Of a stretch of 64,000 nt of DNA, positions 46,368 through 56,162 are shown piece after piece (position 1 is the stretch's first letter; each line of letters begins with the position of its first letter). Origin of the DNA: a phage; NCBI GenBank assembly GCA_014435945.1, contig GCA_014435945.1_4088.1; one strand, 5' to 3'. A model generated the notes under the pieces. It worked only from the letters and a program-made list of their open reading frames with translations. It ran no database searches and was not told where the DNA came from. The position numbers were made by a program, and so were the translations under genes.

Positions 46368-46670
46368 ATGATTAGTATAGATTTAATTAACAGTACTATA
46401 AAGTTGTTGGCTGATGTAGTAAGAGAATCCAATGGAACTTTATACCCATCAATGTATAAAATCTTTGAACGATACATCAAGGATTGTAACATATCCTTAT
46501 ATGGACTGGCGGTTGATATAGACGACCACTATGAAATTAATACTTCATATAAAACTGGAATGTTAATTGGTATTAATATAAAGATGGGATATTTTCCTTA
46601 TTACTGTATAGGATTACCAGATAGTACTATGGTAGATTATCCAGCCAGTATTATTAAACTAAGAGGATAA
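46368..46670 (+). CDS. hypothetical protein (100 aa)
   Basis: ORF after terminator. Confidence 0.55.
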   Translation: MISIDLINSTIKLLADVVRESNGTLYPSMYKIFERYIKDCNISLYGLAVDIDDHYEINTSYKTGMLIGINIKMGYFPYYCIGLPDSTMVDYPASIIKLRG

Positions 46671-46677
46671 AACTAAA

Positions 46678-47256
46678 ATGAATGTATTAGAATTATGTAC
46701 TAAGCTGATTACTATGCGTAATGAGTGGTACGATTGGTTTTATAATGGTACTGATATGGATTTTTCAAAATATCCATTTATGGAATCAGGATGTGATGCA
46801 AGATACCGCTGGTTGAGCAAAGATTGTTCTGGTTTACATATTCTAGTTGACGATAGTGGTCAGGGAATTATAAAAGATTTACTTCAAGTTCAACAACTCG
46901 TCCATGATAATTTGTGTGATAACGATCCATACCTTGGAAATATGATTTATGTAAGTGAAGATGATTGCATATTCGTTATCCAGCGTCATGGTAATTCTAT
47001 GTTTTATATAGCAGACAGCAGTACTCCAGAAGGTGCAGCAGCAGATGGACTTATGCCTAAGATTGATATATTGGAATTTGGATTACCTGAGCACTTCCAG
47101 ATTGGTACTTTATACGATATTCCCCCACTTGAGTTCTTTGAAGAATTTAAATTGTACTACAATGATCTTCAAAAATTGAGTACTGATCGTCGCATTGAAA
47201 TAACTGTTAAGTACATGGACGGAACGAAATTAACCGATACGAGGATAGAATTTTGA
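46678..47256 (+). CDS. hypothetical protein with family-2 motif
   Basis: motif LPEHFQIGTLYDIPP. Confidence 0.6.
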   Translation: MNVLELCTKLITMRNEWYDWFYNGTDMDFSKYPFMESGCDARYRWLSKDCSGLHILVDDSGQGIIKDLLQVQQLVHDNLCDNDPYLGNMIYVSEDDCIFVIQRHGNSMFYIADSSTPEGAAADGLMPKIDILEFGLPEHFQIGTLYDIPPLEFFEEFKLYYNDLQKLSTDRRIEITVKYMDGTKLTDTRIEF

Positions 47257-47942
47257 TTAAAGATTTAGATAGAATTTTATATGTACTGAGGGGTGTAATT
47301 ACATTACAACCACAGGTTAATCGTATGGAGAGAGCCTTTGAATTAAAATCAAGAGAAACTCCATATTCACATATATCAAATGTAGTTGGTTCATTCAGTA
47401 CTGAAGACTCGCCTTATGATATTTGTGTATGTGAAGTACAGCCAAGTTCGGATCTTGGATTTGCTATTTTTGATAAAAATCAAAATCTCATTAGTATGTT
47501 TCAGTGCAATAATCCTTTTTGGAAAACATGCCTGTATCCAGAGTGGGCTATGCTTGATCCAACAAAGAGTTCCATTAAAGTATATGACTCTAAAAATGAT
47601 GAAGTCGTTATTGATTTGGATGAGTCAATGTCAGAGGAAGAACACTTTCAGCTAATGATGATGCGTGCTATGCCTGAGTACAATGCAATGATTAACACGG
47701 TGCAATACATTAAGGATACCATGCCATCATTGCGTACACATGAGTTTTGCCATCCTGTATTGTATGAACATTTGGATTTAGATTTCAGTACTATTAAATT
47801 TAAAGATAATGTTATTAATTACATTCAAGAGAATGTTAAATTTGATTTTATTAGTACAATGACAAATAATCCAAATACTAATTTCAGGCATCAGTACAAT
47901 GAATCTTTGTCTGGTGGTCGTGATACAACTTGGTGGAAATAA
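47253..47942 (+). CDS. hypothetical protein with family-2 motif
   Basis: motif SEEEHFQLMMMRAMPE. Confidence 0.6.
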   Translation: MIKDLDRILYVLRGVITLQPQVNRMERAFELKSRETPYSHISNVVGSFSTEDSPYDICVCEVQPSSDLGFAIFDKNQNLISMFQCNNPFWKTCLYPEWAMLDPTKSSIKVYDSKNDEVVIDLDESMSEEEHFQLMMMRAMPEYNAMINTVQYIKDTMPSLRTHEFCHPVLYEHLDLDFSTIKFKDNVINYIQENVKFDFISTMTNNPNTNFRHQYNESLSGGRDTTWWK

Positions 47943-47943
47943 T

Positions 47944-48207
47944 ATGAATATCCAAGATAGATTGCAATTATTGCACACACTTGAAGAAGCTGCTTTTGAA
48001 CTTGTTAATAAAATTGCACAAGAACTCCCAAAAGGAACCAAAGTTCGTGTTCGTGAAATGGATTATTTAACGGGAAAAATTGATGAAAAAGTTCTAACAG
48101 TGATCAAAGTAACATACTATGAATCAGAGTTATCAATTCAATGTAATTCAGATAATGGTTACGTTTCCTACTATGGTACAGATGTAGATATAGAGGTAAT
48201 AAAATGA
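47944..48207 (+). CDS. hypothetical small protein (loose family 4)
   Basis: ORF-track ORF 47899 trimmed to ATG after upstream stop with GGTGG RBS. Confidence 0.55.
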   Translation: MNIQDRLQLLHTLEEAAFELVNKIAQELPKGTKVRVREMDYLTGKIDEKVLTVIKVTYYESELSIQCNSDNGYVSYYGTDVDIEVIK

Positions 48208-49346
48208 CCCTTTTACAAATATATGAAGATTTAATGCACTTATGTAATACCCGTGAGGCTTTCTTTTATGTGGATCATAAAAGTCCTGCTGGTGGAACAT
48301 ATCGTGTATTCAGTTATCGTCTAGCATCATATACCGATTTCATGCAACCCAATGCATTAGAAACCCGTGGTTCTATGTGGGAAATTGATGAAGACGGTGA
48401 TATGATTCGTTGTGCTGCTCGTACTATGAAAAAGTTCTTCAATGCTTACGAAAATCCTGCTACAATGTTCCCTGCTGATACCTCATTCGATGACATTGCA
48501 GTAGTGATGCCTAAGTTGGATGGTTCAGTAATCAGTACTTACCGTGATAATGATGGTGTAATTCGTTGTAAATCACATACTGCATTGTATTCAGATCATG
48601 CGATTAACAGTACTCGTCTTCTCAATGAGAACCAAAATTTGTATCAATACATTGACGAAGCAGACCGTTTGGGCTATACTGTTAATCTGGAGTATACAAG
48701 TCCAGAGTACCGTATTGTATTACCATACCAGGTTGAACAATTATTTGTACTAAACGTTCGCCATCGCAAGAGTGGTGAACTATTATGTGGTTCTGCATTA
48801 CGTAATAAGTTCCCATGCCTTGCACAGTACAGTACTAACATGACAGGTAAAGATATTCATTACACTTTCCCTGCTCGTGCTACATTCAAAGAAAGTGTTG
48901 AAGAAGTTAAGAAAATGCTTGACATTGAAGGTTTTGTGTGCATCCTAAATAATGGTACAATGTGCAAAATCAAAACCGACTGGTATTGTTCTTTGCATTT
49001 AACGAAAGACAGTATTATAATCGATTCCCATTTATATGAAGCTGTATTAAATGGTTCGAGTGATGATTTAAAACAGTTGTTCAGTACTGACGAATATGCT
49101 ACCCAAAAGATATTAAGAATGGAACAACTAGTCTTTTCGTGCTATAATGCTTTACAAGATGAAGTTGAAAGCTTCGTCAAGGAACACAAGCACTTGGAGC
49201 GAAAGGAATTCGCTAAGAAGGTTCAGGAGTGTTTAACTAATGAACTGAATCGTCAGGGCTTGGCCTTTGCAATGTACAACAATAAGAAAGTCGATTACAA
49301 AGAGACTCTTATTAAGTACATGAAAATTGTACTAAAGGATTTTTAG
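48204..49346 (+). CDS. rnlA: RNA ligase 1 (T4 RnlA-like)
   Basis: N-terminal region ...CNTREAFFYVDHKSPAGGTYRVFSYRLASYTDFMQPNALETRGSMWEID closely parallels T4 RnlA; nucleotidyltransferase motif I KLDGS. Confidence 0.85.
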   Translation: MTLLQIYEDLMHLCNTREAFFYVDHKSPAGGTYRVFSYRLASYTDFMQPNALETRGSMWEIDEDGDMIRCAARTMKKFFNAYENPATMFPADTSFDDIAVVMPKLDGSVISTYRDNDGVIRCKSHTALYSDHAINSTRLLNENQNLYQYIDEADRLGYTVNLEYTSPEYRIVLPYQVEQLFVLNVRHRKSGELLCGSALRNKFPCLAQYSTNMTGKDIHYTFPARATFKESVEEVKKMLDIEGFVCILNNGTMCKIKTDWYCSLHLTKDSIIIDSHLYEAVLNGSSDDLKQLFSTDEYATQKILRMEQLVFSCYNALQDEVESFVKEHKHLERKEFAKKVQECLTNELNRQGLAFAMYNNKKVDYKETLIKYMKIVLKDF

Positions 49347-49375
49347 TACTATCTAGCCTAGCACAAGGAGAAGTG

Positions 49376-49630
49376 ATGGCTAAACCTAAGTATAAAAATG
49401 ACGGTTCCCTTTCTCCGACAGAATTCAGGAAAATACAAGAAGAAATCGATGAATTACAGCACAAACGCTCTAAGAAAGGTGTGAAGATTAGTAAGAAACG
49501 AATCGAGAATACTTTCGGGTGTAGTAGTACTGAATACAAGAAGAAAAGGAAACCAAAAGGTGTTAAGCCGAGAATACATGATGTAACTCGCTATACATCG
49601 AAACGTGAAAATAAATTCGACCCACTATAA
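49376..49630 (+). CDS. small lysine-rich basic protein, possible nucleic-acid-binding
   Basis: AAGGAG RBS 7 nt upstream of ATG 49376 (ORF-track start 49373 is GTG); K/R-rich. Confidence 0.55.
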   Translation: MAKPKYKNDGSLSPTEFRKIQEEIDELQHKRSKKGVKISKKRIENTFGCSSTEYKKKRKPKGVKPRIHDVTRYTSKRENKFDPL

Positions 49631-49639
49631 GGAGTTCAT

Positions 49640-49876
49640 ATGAAAGTTGAAGTTCAGCATAGTATTGTTCAGGATATGTCAGTAGTTAAATTTCTTTCCT
49701 TGAAAGATTATTTCAGATGTATCAAGTTCCTAGAAGAATCTCAATTACAGTGGACCCCATTAAAGTACAGTTCATCCAATGATACTGCTAGTATTCGTTG
49801 TGATGAATCTGTACTTGTGAAAATCTCCAAGCGATTTGGGATTGGGAAATACAATGATAAACAATGCACAAAGTAA
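49640..49876 (+). CDS. hypothetical protein (78 aa)
   Basis: ORF with AGGAG RBS. Confidence 0.55.
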   Translation: MKVEVQHSIVQDMSVVKFLSLKDYFRCIKFLEESQLQWTPLKYSSSNDTASIRCDESVLVKISKRFGIGKYNDKQCTK

Positions 49877-50165
49877 TTTACTATATATAAAGTCAGTAGA
49901 AGCTGAAATTAAAAATTCAGTACAAACTATCGTCGATGAAATGATTGACAAATACAAGAGCAATCTTATTGGAAAGAAAGTCAGATGTTGGGATTACACA
50001 TTCAAACACTGGTACGATTCCGAGATTGTGAAAGTTGATGTGAATACTGATAGTAATGGTCTAATTAATGGTATTGCGTATATTGGTGTTTTAATACGCA
50101 AGGGAACACCACAGGAATGGCTCACATATCATAATATAGAGCATGTTAAATTTTTAGAGGATTAA
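49854..50165 (+). CDS. hypothetical small protein (loose family 4)
   Basis: start ambiguous (49836 or 49854). Confidence 0.45.
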   Translation: MINNAQSNLLYIKSVEAEIKNSVQTIVDEMIDKYKSNLIGKKVRCWDYTFKHWYDSEIVKVDVNTDSNGLINGIAYIGVLIRKGTPQEWLTYHNIEHVKFLED

Positions 50166-50168
50166 AGG

Positions 50169-51101
50169 ATGCCAACTATCACACTAACAGTTGGATTGCC
50201 AGGGTGTGGTAAAACTACATGGGCAGTGCAAGAGATTAAAAAAGCCAAATCCAAGACTATCAACATCAACCGTGATGATATTCGTGAATCTATGGCTGGG
50301 TCACATGATGCTTACAAATTCAACGATGCTAATGAGCAGTACGTAACTAATTTACAGTTCAGTGCAGCAAATTCAGCCGCAGAGAATGGTTGGAACATCA
50401 TCATATCCGATACGAACCTTAAACAACATTTCCGTAATCTATGGAAAGTATGGGCTACAGATAATGGTTATGATTACAAAGAAAAGAATTTCTATGATGA
50501 TTTTGTACCTAATGAAGACCGTGGTGCAGATGTTCATGAATTCTTTAAGATTAAAGAGTTCGTAAAACTTTGTAAGAAATATAACCTCCAGCGTGAGCGT
50601 TCAGTACAAGATAATATCATTGACACTATGGCAGATACGTACTATTATAGTAAGGCATTACACATTGGTTACTATGGTAATTCACGCGAAGCTGCTATTA
50701 TCGTTGATATCGACGGTACTCTTGCTCATAAATGGGGACGTAACCCGTTCGATGAAAGTACTGTTCTCCAGGACACACCAGACGAAGAAGTTATTTTGTC
50801 TATTATCGCAGAAGCAGTTTTTCATAAACGCAAGATTATCGTCATGAGTGGGCGTACTGAAGGGTGTCGTGCTGATACCGAACAGTGGCTTAAGAATTGG
50901 GGTATTCCTTACGATGCATTGTTTATGCGAGACATTGATGATAAACGTCCTGATGATGTTGTCAAATTCGACCTGTACATGAAAAATGTGGTTGATCATT
51001 ACGATGTTAAAAAGGTATATGATGACCGCAATCAAGTTGTGTTCATGTGGCGTAAGTTACTTGGGTTGAAAGTTTTTCAAGTGGCTGAAGGAAATTTCTA
51101 A
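50169..51101 (+). CDS. pseT: polynucleotide 5'-kinase/3'-phosphatase (T4 PseT-like)
   Basis: P-loop GLPGCGKTT in N-terminal kinase domain; HAD phosphatase motif DIDGTLA; C-terminus VFQVAEGNF parallels T4 Pnk. Confidence 0.85.
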   Translation: MPTITLTVGLPGCGKTTWAVQEIKKAKSKTININRDDIRESMAGSHDAYKFNDANEQYVTNLQFSAANSAAENGWNIIISDTNLKQHFRNLWKVWATDNGYDYKEKNFYDDFVPNEDRGADVHEFFKIKEFVKLCKKYNLQRERSVQDNIIDTMADTYYYSKALHIGYYGNSREAAIIVDIDGTLAHKWGRNPFDESTVLQDTPDEEVILSIIAEAVFHKRKIIVMSGRTEGCRADTEQWLKNWGIPYDALFMRDIDDKRPDDVVKFDLYMKNVVDHYDVKKVYDDRNQVVFMWRKLLGLKVFQVAEGNF

Positions 51102-51104
51102 TAC

Positions 51105-51137
51105 AAAAGGGATCATATATTGGTCCCTTTTTCTTTT
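51105..51137 (+). terminator. rho-independent terminator
   Basis: AAAGGGATC-loop-GGTCCCTTT hairpin then T-rich run. Confidence 0.55.
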
Positions 51138-51168
51138 AAGGTACATTATAGTGAATGTAACAACACAG

Positions 51169-51327
51169 ATGTTATTACGAAAAGACTACTTAGAAAATAT
51201 AGAACGATACTATAGATTGTCTTTGTATGAAAATAAGCATAAAAATTATAGTTTTGATAAACTACTAAATTCTAGTACTGAAGATTATCTATTTTCATCA
51301 ATGTTTTATGTGAGAGGATTATTGTAA
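51169..51327 (+). CDS. hypothetical small protein (52 aa), below the ORF-track cutoff
   Basis: open frame from ATG 51169 (or GTG 51151) to TAA overlapping next ATG; no clear RBS. Confidence 0.3.
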   Translation: MLLRKDYLENIERYYRLSLYENKHKNYSFDKLLNSSTEDYLFSSMFYVRGLL

Positions 51328-51587
51328 TGGATAAATTTCACACAGATATATCACAGATAGGTAATCTTATCAATAGTCTAATTACTGATTTAGAAGAAAA
51401 GTACTTAGGACGAAATGTATACTTAGAAATGTATGAAACATATGGTGTTATTGATATGATTTATTACAGTGCATTGAAGTATGAAATACGTTTAACTGTA
51501 TGTTTATATGAAAAAGGTACATTTAAAAGAAGTACTGCAATTCGCCAAGTTGGAGTTGATGACATGGAATTATACGAGGAACACTGA
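51327..51587 (+). CDS. hypothetical small protein (loose family 4)
   Basis: ORF; EEKYLGRNVY pattern. Confidence 0.55.
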   Translation: MDKFHTDISQIGNLINSLITDLEEKYLGRNVYLEMYETYGVIDMIYYSALKYEIRLTVCLYEKGTFKRSTAIRQVGVDDMELYEEH

Positions 51588-51838
51588 TGTTTGAGCAGGA
51601 CTTAGAGCTATTCAAAAGTTATGTCGAGTACTTAGTTACATTAGAAAAAGAGCTAACGACAAAGTACAAAGGTATTCGTGTTCTGTGCTGGTATGATGAT
51701 TCGGATTATAAACGTGAACTCACCATTGACCGAATCTATTTCATCGACGGTGTATTGAATGTGCATGGTGTAAATGATTTTGGACATTCATATACTTATT
51801 CGAATAATGCTAAATTCAAGAGGATTGACAATGAATGA
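51587..51838 (+). CDS. hypothetical small protein (loose family 4)
   Basis: ORF; TTKYKGIRVLCW pattern. Confidence 0.55.
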   Translation: MFEQDLELFKSYVEYLVTLEKELTTKYKGIRVLCWYDDSDYKRELTIDRIYFIDGVLNVHGVNDFGHSYTYSNNAKFKRIDNE

Positions 51839-52133
51839 GTACTATCAAAATTTATTCAATTACATAAAACTAATAGATGATCTTGCTTTCGATTTTCTTA
51901 GTACTGATAAAGTTGGTGAGCCTTTATATTATGATTGTATTGGAACACTTTGTTCAGATGAAAAGAATATATTAGAAAATAAATTACCGTCATCACAGTG
52001 CTTAATCAATGGTTCCAAAGCAGTAATAACTGATGTTAATTTTTATAAATCTCTTAATACTATTTGTTATGTATTCAATAACACTGTGTTTAAACATGTA
52101 ACAAGTAATATTAAATCTGTGAGGTTCTTATGA
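51831..52133 (+). CDS. hypothetical protein
   Basis: ORF-track ORF 51774 trimmed to ATG overlapping upstream stop. Confidence 0.5.
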   Translation: MNEYYQNLFNYIKLIDDLAFDFLSTDKVGEPLYYDCIGTLCSDEKNILENKLPSSQCLINGSKAVITDVNFYKSLNTICYVFNNTVFKHVTSNIKSVRFL

Positions 52134-52426
52134 ATTTAAAACTTTTGTTAGAACAGGTACATTTATTGTATAGCTGTGCTGATGGTTCTGATAAGGAGTA
52201 TAGTGAAGTTTATTTAGAACTGTTTAGAACGGAAATACACATAATTAGAAGATACTTAATTGATAATAAAACTGAAGTAAAAGTTAGATACCATAATGGT
52301 ACTTTAAAGAATGGTATAATTATTGGATTGATAGTTACACGAATGTCTAGTAATATTAAAGTTGCAGTTAGATTAATGACTGATGATGGTGTCTACACCA
52401 TAGAAGTAAGTGAGATTATATATTAA
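52130..52426 (+). CDS. hypothetical small protein
   Basis: ATGA overlap. Confidence 0.55.
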   Translation: MNLKLLLEQVHLLYSCADGSDKEYSEVYLELFRTEIHIIRRYLIDNKTEVKVRYHNGTLKNGIIIGLIVTRMSSNIKVAVRLMTDDGVYTIEVSEIIY

Positions 52427-52732
52427 ATGGATATACAAACATTCAATAAACTAAAGTACTATGACAATGGTTTTGCTATTATCATTGATGAACTAGATGG
52501 AATACCATATGAGTATCATAATGATGTAATGAAGATAGTAAAAAGTATTTGTAATGATTTAAAAACTATTTTCGAAAATGAATATGTATACGACTTAGGT
52601 ACAAACAATAAGAAACTATACATAAAGAAATTCTGTGGAACGCATTGTGGTCTGATGGTTGATTTAGGTTTAAGTGCTGACAACAATTTCGAAGCATGTA
52701 GTTTATATCTGGATGAAATGCGAATCTCATGA
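52427..52732 (+). CDS. hypothetical small protein
   Basis: ATG directly follows upstream TAA. Confidence 0.55.
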   Translation: MDIQTFNKLKYYDNGFAIIIDELDGIPYEYHNDVMKIVKSICNDLKTIFENEYVYDLGTNNKKLYIKKFCGTHCGLMVDLGLSADNNFEACSLYLDEMRIS

Positions 52733-52758
52733 GACATATCTTGATTCGGTGATATAAT
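52730..52758 (+). promoter_or_regulatory. sigma70-like promoter (TGAGACATA type)
   Basis: TGAGAC at about 52730, TG-extended TATAAT 52753-52758. Confidence 0.4.
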
Positions 52759-52789
52759 TTCATTACAACACTGACATGGAGTAGTTGTT

Positions 52790-53119
52790 GTGAATAACGA
52801 TTTTTTAAAAATGTGGGAAAAAACAATAGTAATTCTATCTAGTTCATTAATGCACATTATCAGTACTGATAATTCTTATAGTTCACATACATTTGATTTA
52901 ATATGTAATAACTATGTAAATGGTATATCAGATGAAATATGTCCATTCATTGCGTATTCACCGGATGGTATTGAAGAATTTAATATATGCAACATCAGTT
53001 GTGGTTTTGGTGATTGGCTTGTGTTAAATGATCGAGGTGGAATATGTTTATACATCGAAGATATTGGTAAATTTATATACAAAGGAGTAGAATATGTTAA
53101 CAATCGCAGCAGTTATTAG
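52790..53119 (+). CDS. hypothetical protein
   Basis: probable GTG start with GGAG RBS 8 nt upstream. Confidence 0.5.
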   Translation: MNNDFLKMWEKTIVILSSSLMHIISTDNSYSSHTFDLICNNYVNGISDEICPFIAYSPDGIEEFNICNISCGFGDWLVLNDRGGICLYIEDIGKFIYKGVEYVNNRSSY

Positions 53120-53690
53120 TGTACTTGGTGTAGTTATTGCAGGTATGCTTGCATACAATTACAATCGTAGTGTTATCGGCTATGTACTACTTAGTCTAGT
53201 ACTAACCCCAGTACTCACCATCGTTACTTTATTAGTTCTAGGTGAACGTAATATCAACTTCATGATTAATGATAAACGTGATCAGGTTACACCAGAACCT
53301 GAAAAAGTTATTCCTGAAGAACAAGAAGAACTTAAAGTTGAAGTTCAAATGCAAGTGAATGTTCACAATGCACTTGATGAAACTGATCCAAAAGTTAATG
53401 TTACTGTTGTTCCTGTCGTCAATGAAGTAAAGCCTAAAGCAGCACCGAAAAGTACTAAAGCACCAAAGAGCACCAAGACTACAAAGAAAGCTCGCTATAC
53501 TAAAGGGAAGAATAAAAACAAAGTCCAAGATGAACCACAACAAGGTACACACGACCATACTTCCCATATTATTACAGCAGCCACCACCGCAGCAATCGTA
53601 ACGCCATATATCTCTTCTGCTGATACTGGTTCATATGATAGCTCTAGCTGTGATTCAAGCTCTAGTTCAAGTTCCGGTAGCTGTGATTAA
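53094..53690 (+). CDS. membrane protein with two TM helices, K/P-rich repeat region and Ser-rich C-terminus
   Basis: hydrophobic N-terminal segments; APKSTKAPKSTKTTKK repeats; tail SSSCDSSSSSSSGSCD. Confidence 0.6.
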   Translation: MLTIAAVISVLGVVIAGMLAYNYNRSVIGYVLLSLVLTPVLTIVTLLVLGERNINFMINDKRDQVTPEPEKVIPEEQEELKVEVQMQVNVHNALDETDPKVNVTVVPVVNEVKPKAAPKSTKAPKSTKTTKKARYTKGKNKNKVQDEPQQGTHDHTSHIITAATTAAIVTPYISSADTGSYDSSSCDSSSSSSSGSCD

Positions 53691-53692
53691 CA

Positions 53693-54025
53693 ATGAAACA
53701 TCTTGCACAATATAATCAGTACTTGATTGCGTTGCATCAAATGAAAGATGATTTCTATAAAAGTGCAGAAACAGAACTCGTCGGTAAGATAGTAAAATTT
53801 ACTGACGAGTACATCAACCGATATGCGGAAATGGACGATGATCCAGAGTATGAATCATACTACCAGTACATAAATTCCAATACAAGAATGAGAATTATTG
53901 AAATTATGAAATACGGTATACGTTTAATTGCACAAGTAGAATACATCAATCACGATGCAATTGATGCCGCTGCCTTTGGTGATGAAATAAGTTTAGAATA
54001 TCTTATTCAAGTTGATGAGGAATAA
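53693..54025 (+). CDS. hypothetical small protein (loose family 4)
   Basis: ORF 2 nt after upstream stop. Confidence 0.55.
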   Translation: MKHLAQYNQYLIALHQMKDDFYKSAETELVGKIVKFTDEYINRYAEMDDDPEYESYYQYINSNTRMRIIEIMKYGIRLIAQVEYINHDAIDAAAFGDEISLEYLIQVDEE

Positions 54026-54027
54026 TA

Positions 54028-54243
54028 ATGACTACCTTTTTTGCAATATATGGATTTGTTGCGTTTTGCTCATTTATATGTAACTTTCTAGTACTGAATT
54101 GGAAATGTTTCAAAGATGAAATCATAACTGCAATGAGTCTACAATCAGCAGCACTAATGGCTATAATTTGGCCTGTAACTATGGTGTATCTTTTTATCTC
54201 AATAACAAAAGATATCATATCCCACTTCAAGAGAAAGAAATAA
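54028..54243 (+). CDS. small membrane protein with two TM helices and basic C-terminus (holin-like topology)
   Basis: two hydrophobic segments; C-terminal HFKRKK. Confidence 0.5.
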   Translation: MTTFFAIYGFVAFCSFICNFLVLNWKCFKDEIITAMSLQSAALMAIIWPVTMVYLFISITKDIISHFKRKK

Positions 54244-54494
54244 TGTTCAACACCGACTATTCACATTTGCGATATCTTATGTCTTTGGCTGATGATTTTA
54301 TTAATGATTTGAAGCCGAAGTATATTGGACAAGAAGTATCTTTGATAAACTCAAGGGGTTATGGGAAGTACATTATCGCTGATATGTATATTAGCGGTGG
54401 TGAATGGCGTTTCAAAGTTAATACGTATCTTAAAGATGGTTCTTTTGCAGGTACACAAGTTACAAAACACACTAACATTATATGGTTGAAATAA
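54243..54494 (+). CDS. hypothetical small protein (loose family 4)
   Basis: ORF-track ORF 54168 trimmed to TAATG overlap; LKPKYIGQEVSL pattern. Confidence 0.5.
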   Translation: MFNTDYSHLRYLMSLADDFINDLKPKYIGQEVSLINSRGYGKYIIADMYISGGEWRFKVNTYLKDGSFAGTQVTKHTNIIWLK

Positions 54495-54496
54495 TA

Positions 54497-55240
54497 ATGA
54501 AACATTTTTTGGAAATTACAGTACCGGATGATAAAGATTTATATATCGTTGGTGATTTACACGGCAATGGAAAACTGTGGGATGCTACCAAGAAAGAATT
54601 TGGTATCACCAATAATGACTATGTTTTTTGTGTAGGTGATGTTATTGACCGTGGTGACCAGAATTCCAAACTACTATTTGAATTCCTTTTCGGTGAAAAC
54701 CGTTTTATGATTGCTGGGAACCACGAGATCATGTGTGTTGATTCTGAAACTCACCGTGACTGGCATCACTGTTGGGTACAAAATGGTGGAGATAAGTTCA
54801 TTGATGAAGTTGGTGAGACAGGTATACAGTTCTTCCGTCAGTACTTAAAGGATCTCCCTATGATTATCCAAATCAATCACCGAGGATTGAAGATTGGTCT
54901 AGTTCATGCTGGTGTTCCATTGGAATATACCACATGGGAACGTTTCGTTAGTGGGACAAAATCACTTAGTGCTGATATAATTGAGAAGTGCTTGTGGGAC
55001 CGTGATACATTCGACTACTGCAAGAAAAATAACACATATTACGTCCCTAGACTTGATGGCATCCATTGCGTCTTTAGTGGTCATACCGCAGTATCCGACC
55101 CACTCATCTACGGTAATCGTATCTGGATTGATAGTCAGTTTTTAACTGGTGATTTGACTCTTGCAACTCCCCAAAGTGGCGGGATGAGATACTTACGTAA
55201 AGAAAAAGATGAGTATTCATTTAACCGCTTCAAAAGGTAA
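54497..55240 (+). CDS. Ser/Thr protein phosphatase (PPP-family metallophosphoesterase, lambda-PPase-like)
   Basis: GDLHG, GDVIDRG and GNHE metallophosphatase motifs in canonical order; start at ATG just after upstream TAA. Confidence 0.75.
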   Translation: MKHFLEITVPDDKDLYIVGDLHGNGKLWDATKKEFGITNNDYVFCVGDVIDRGDQNSKLLFEFLFGENRFMIAGNHEIMCVDSETHRDWHHCWVQNGGDKFIDEVGETGIQFFRQYLKDLPMIIQINHRGLKIGLVHAGVPLEYTTWERFVSGTKSLSADIIEKCLWDRDTFDYCKKNNTYYVPRLDGIHCVFSGHTAVSDPLIYGNRIWIDSQFLTGDLTLATPQSGGMRYLRKEKDEYSFNRFKR

Positions 55241-55244
55241 TAAT

Positions 55245-55514
55245 ATGCATGATGATATTAAAAAATCATTGTATGATTTATATATTATGAAAAAAACCAT
55301 CAATTCTATACTTGCCGACCAGATCAAACAGGTACGTAACTTCCTATCAAAAAAACTTATTGGTGCAGAGGTTAAATTCCATTACAAAAAAAATGTCGTG
55401 GTTGATGGTGTTATTAGAAGAGTAGTTACAATTTCAGACCAAACAATATATGTTGAAGTTGAATATGATGGTAAATTATCACAATTAAGTACTGAAGATT
55501 TAACATTTTTATAA
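55245..55514 (+). CDS. hypothetical small protein (loose family 4)
   Basis: ORF-track ORF 55209 trimmed to ATG after upstream stop. Confidence 0.5.
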   Translation: MHDDIKKSLYDLYIMKKTINSILADQIKQVRNFLSKKLIGAEVKFHYKKNVVVDGVIRRVVTISDQTIYVEVEYDGKLSQLSTEDLTFL

Positions 55515-55524
55515 GGAAATAGAA

Positions 55525-55752
55525 ATGAAAGTAATTCAAGTTATGGTAGAAAAATACCAAACTGAAGATGGCCGTATTTTTGATTCAGCTAAACAAGCTG
55601 AACATCATGAACGTATTATTTCTGGTGCACGTAAAGTATGCCCTACATGTAATGGAACACAACAAGTACCATCTGAAGACTATCGCAGTTATTATGCTTG
55701 TCCACATTGTGATGGTAAAGGGTTTGTAGAAAAACAAGAGGTATGGAAATGA
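55525..55752 (+). CDS. small zinc-finger protein (DnaJ-type CxxCxGxG-like)
   Basis: CPTCNGTQ and CPHCDGKG motifs. Confidence 0.6.
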   Translation: MKVIQVMVEKYQTEDGRIFDSAKQAEHHERIISGARKVCPTCNGTQQVPSEDYRSYYACPHCDGKGFVEKQEVWK

Positions 55753-56162
55753 AATTATATTGCTTAACAAACATGTACTGCCAAGGTGTACAAGCTGGAA
55801 TTCAAGCATTTCATGCTGGCGTAAAACTAATTAAAGAATATGAAGGTACTGCTTTCAGTACTATTATTGATGAATGGTATTATGACCACGAAACTATTGT
55901 AGTACTAAATGCTGGCGGTCATGATAAGTTAAATTCTTATTATGATGACCTTTGTAAGCAGGGAAAAGTGCCATTCGCTAAATTCAATGAAGCCGGATTA
56001 AATGATGCAACTACATGTGTAGCAGTACTGTGTACATCTGAAATGGTTGAAGACATGTCTGTTATGCGTATGAATCTTCCTGCTGGGGATCAACTAATGC
56101 AAGTAAAATATGGTGCATTGTTTAACACATTAAAAGCAATTAGTACAATGAGGACTGTTTGA
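55743..56162 (+). CDS. hypothetical protein (about 139 aa)
   Basis: ORF overlapping upstream stop; start 55743 or 55749. Confidence 0.55.
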   Translation: MEMKLYCLTNMYCQGVQAGIQAFHAGVKLIKEYEGTAFSTIIDEWYYDHETIVVLNAGGHDKLNSYYDDLCKQGKVPFAKFNEAGLNDATTCVAVLCTSEMVEDMSVMRMNLPAGDQLMQVKYGALFNTLKAISTMRTV

